This document shows, piece by piece, positions 63,221 to 64,000 of a stretch of DNA of 64,000 nucleotides; the stretch's first letter is position 1, and every line of letters begins with the position of its first letter. A program made the position numbers and the translations under genes. The notes beneath the pieces were generated by a model. It saw nothing but the letters and a program-made list of their open reading frames with translations, ran no database searches and had not been told where the DNA came from. Origin of the DNA: Octopus vulgaris (Eukaryota); the NCBI GenBank assembly GCA_951406725.2, contig OX597817.1, forward strand, positions 103,106,001-103,170,000, read 5' to 3'.

Positions 63221-63438
63221 TACAGTAATCCCTGCAGTTCACCTATTGCGGTTTATTATTTAAGCTAACATCGATTCCTCCGTGATGTTGTTTTGCATTT
63301 ATAATAAAATAAATATATACAAATTATAAAAATAATTTTAAAAAAGTATACAGTACAGTACTATTTCTACTTTGCAGATTTTCACCTATTGCAAAGGGTT
63401 TTGGAACGTAACACCTGTGATAGTCGAGGGATTGCTAT
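63221..63438. mobile_element. Tigger-like MITE
   Basis: TA-CAGTAATCCCT...AGGGATTGCTA-TA. Confidence 0.55.
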
Positions 63439-64000
63439 AATTACAAATTATTACATGAAAATAAAATTTAGCAAAACAGTTTGTGTGTTTCTAAAGGCTA
63501 CAATGATTCTATCACAATGCAAATGTTCTTCTCACTACATGTGTTCTAATCTTTGTTTCAAAGTAAATCATTTGCTTAGCTTCATCACCACCACCATGAA
63601 TATGTAAGATCCAGCCTCCATATTGGTGTGGTTGCATGGTTCAGCAGAATCTGTAAAGGTGAAGCACTTCAGTGTCTGCTTTAGCATGGTTTCTATGGTT
63701 GGCTGTCCTTAATGTCAACCACTTTACAAAAAGTACTAGGTACATTTTCTTTTGTAGCTCTAGCACTATTTAAGATTGCCTTGTGTGCTGTAAGATTAAG
63801 GGCTCATGAGTGGAGGTGAACAGAAGAGAAGAAAAGAGAGAGAGAGAGATAATTTTAGGTAATGTGATGAGGGAGTGTAAGGAAGATGAGAGGAACAGAT
63901 TAATAACTGAGACAGGGTGGTAGTGGAGTGTAGCAGTAGTAGAACAGGTACTAATTGGGGGAGTTGGCATAGCATGGAACAGGGGAAGGGAAGAGATTAT

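Overview
AT-rich, microsatellite- and repeat-dense animal genomic DNA. The SINE, LINE and Penelope-like repertoire looks like a coleoid cephalopod (octopus-like); this is inferred from repeat families only. Genes: (1) RMI1 on +, with 11 coding exons traced by hand from 37335 to 61404 (488 codons, consistent splice phases; the C-terminus lies beyond the window). (2) An intact, intronless, highly divergent A/B-type (B3-like) cyclin on - (6453-7259) that lacks a destruction box and the conserved CDK-binding Lys and Glu. (3) A K/N-rich orphan terminal exon on - (20116-21059), with a damaged inverted paralog at the window start. The rest is mostly transposon debris: Gypsy pieces, a solo LTR, CRE, Tx1/L1, R4/Dong, RTE and CR1 LINEs, Helitrons, pogo, mariner, MITEs and tRNA-SINEs. 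The most striking non-coding signal is a set of at least six sequence-distinct minimal type-I hammerhead ribozyme (HHR) families. Most sit in fold-back insertions of Penelope-like type. They include a tRNA-headed SINE-HHR chimera with target-site duplications and a G3-C8 core-swap HHR enclosed by a perfect 70-bp inverted repeat. All alignments and structures were read by eye; no searches were run.
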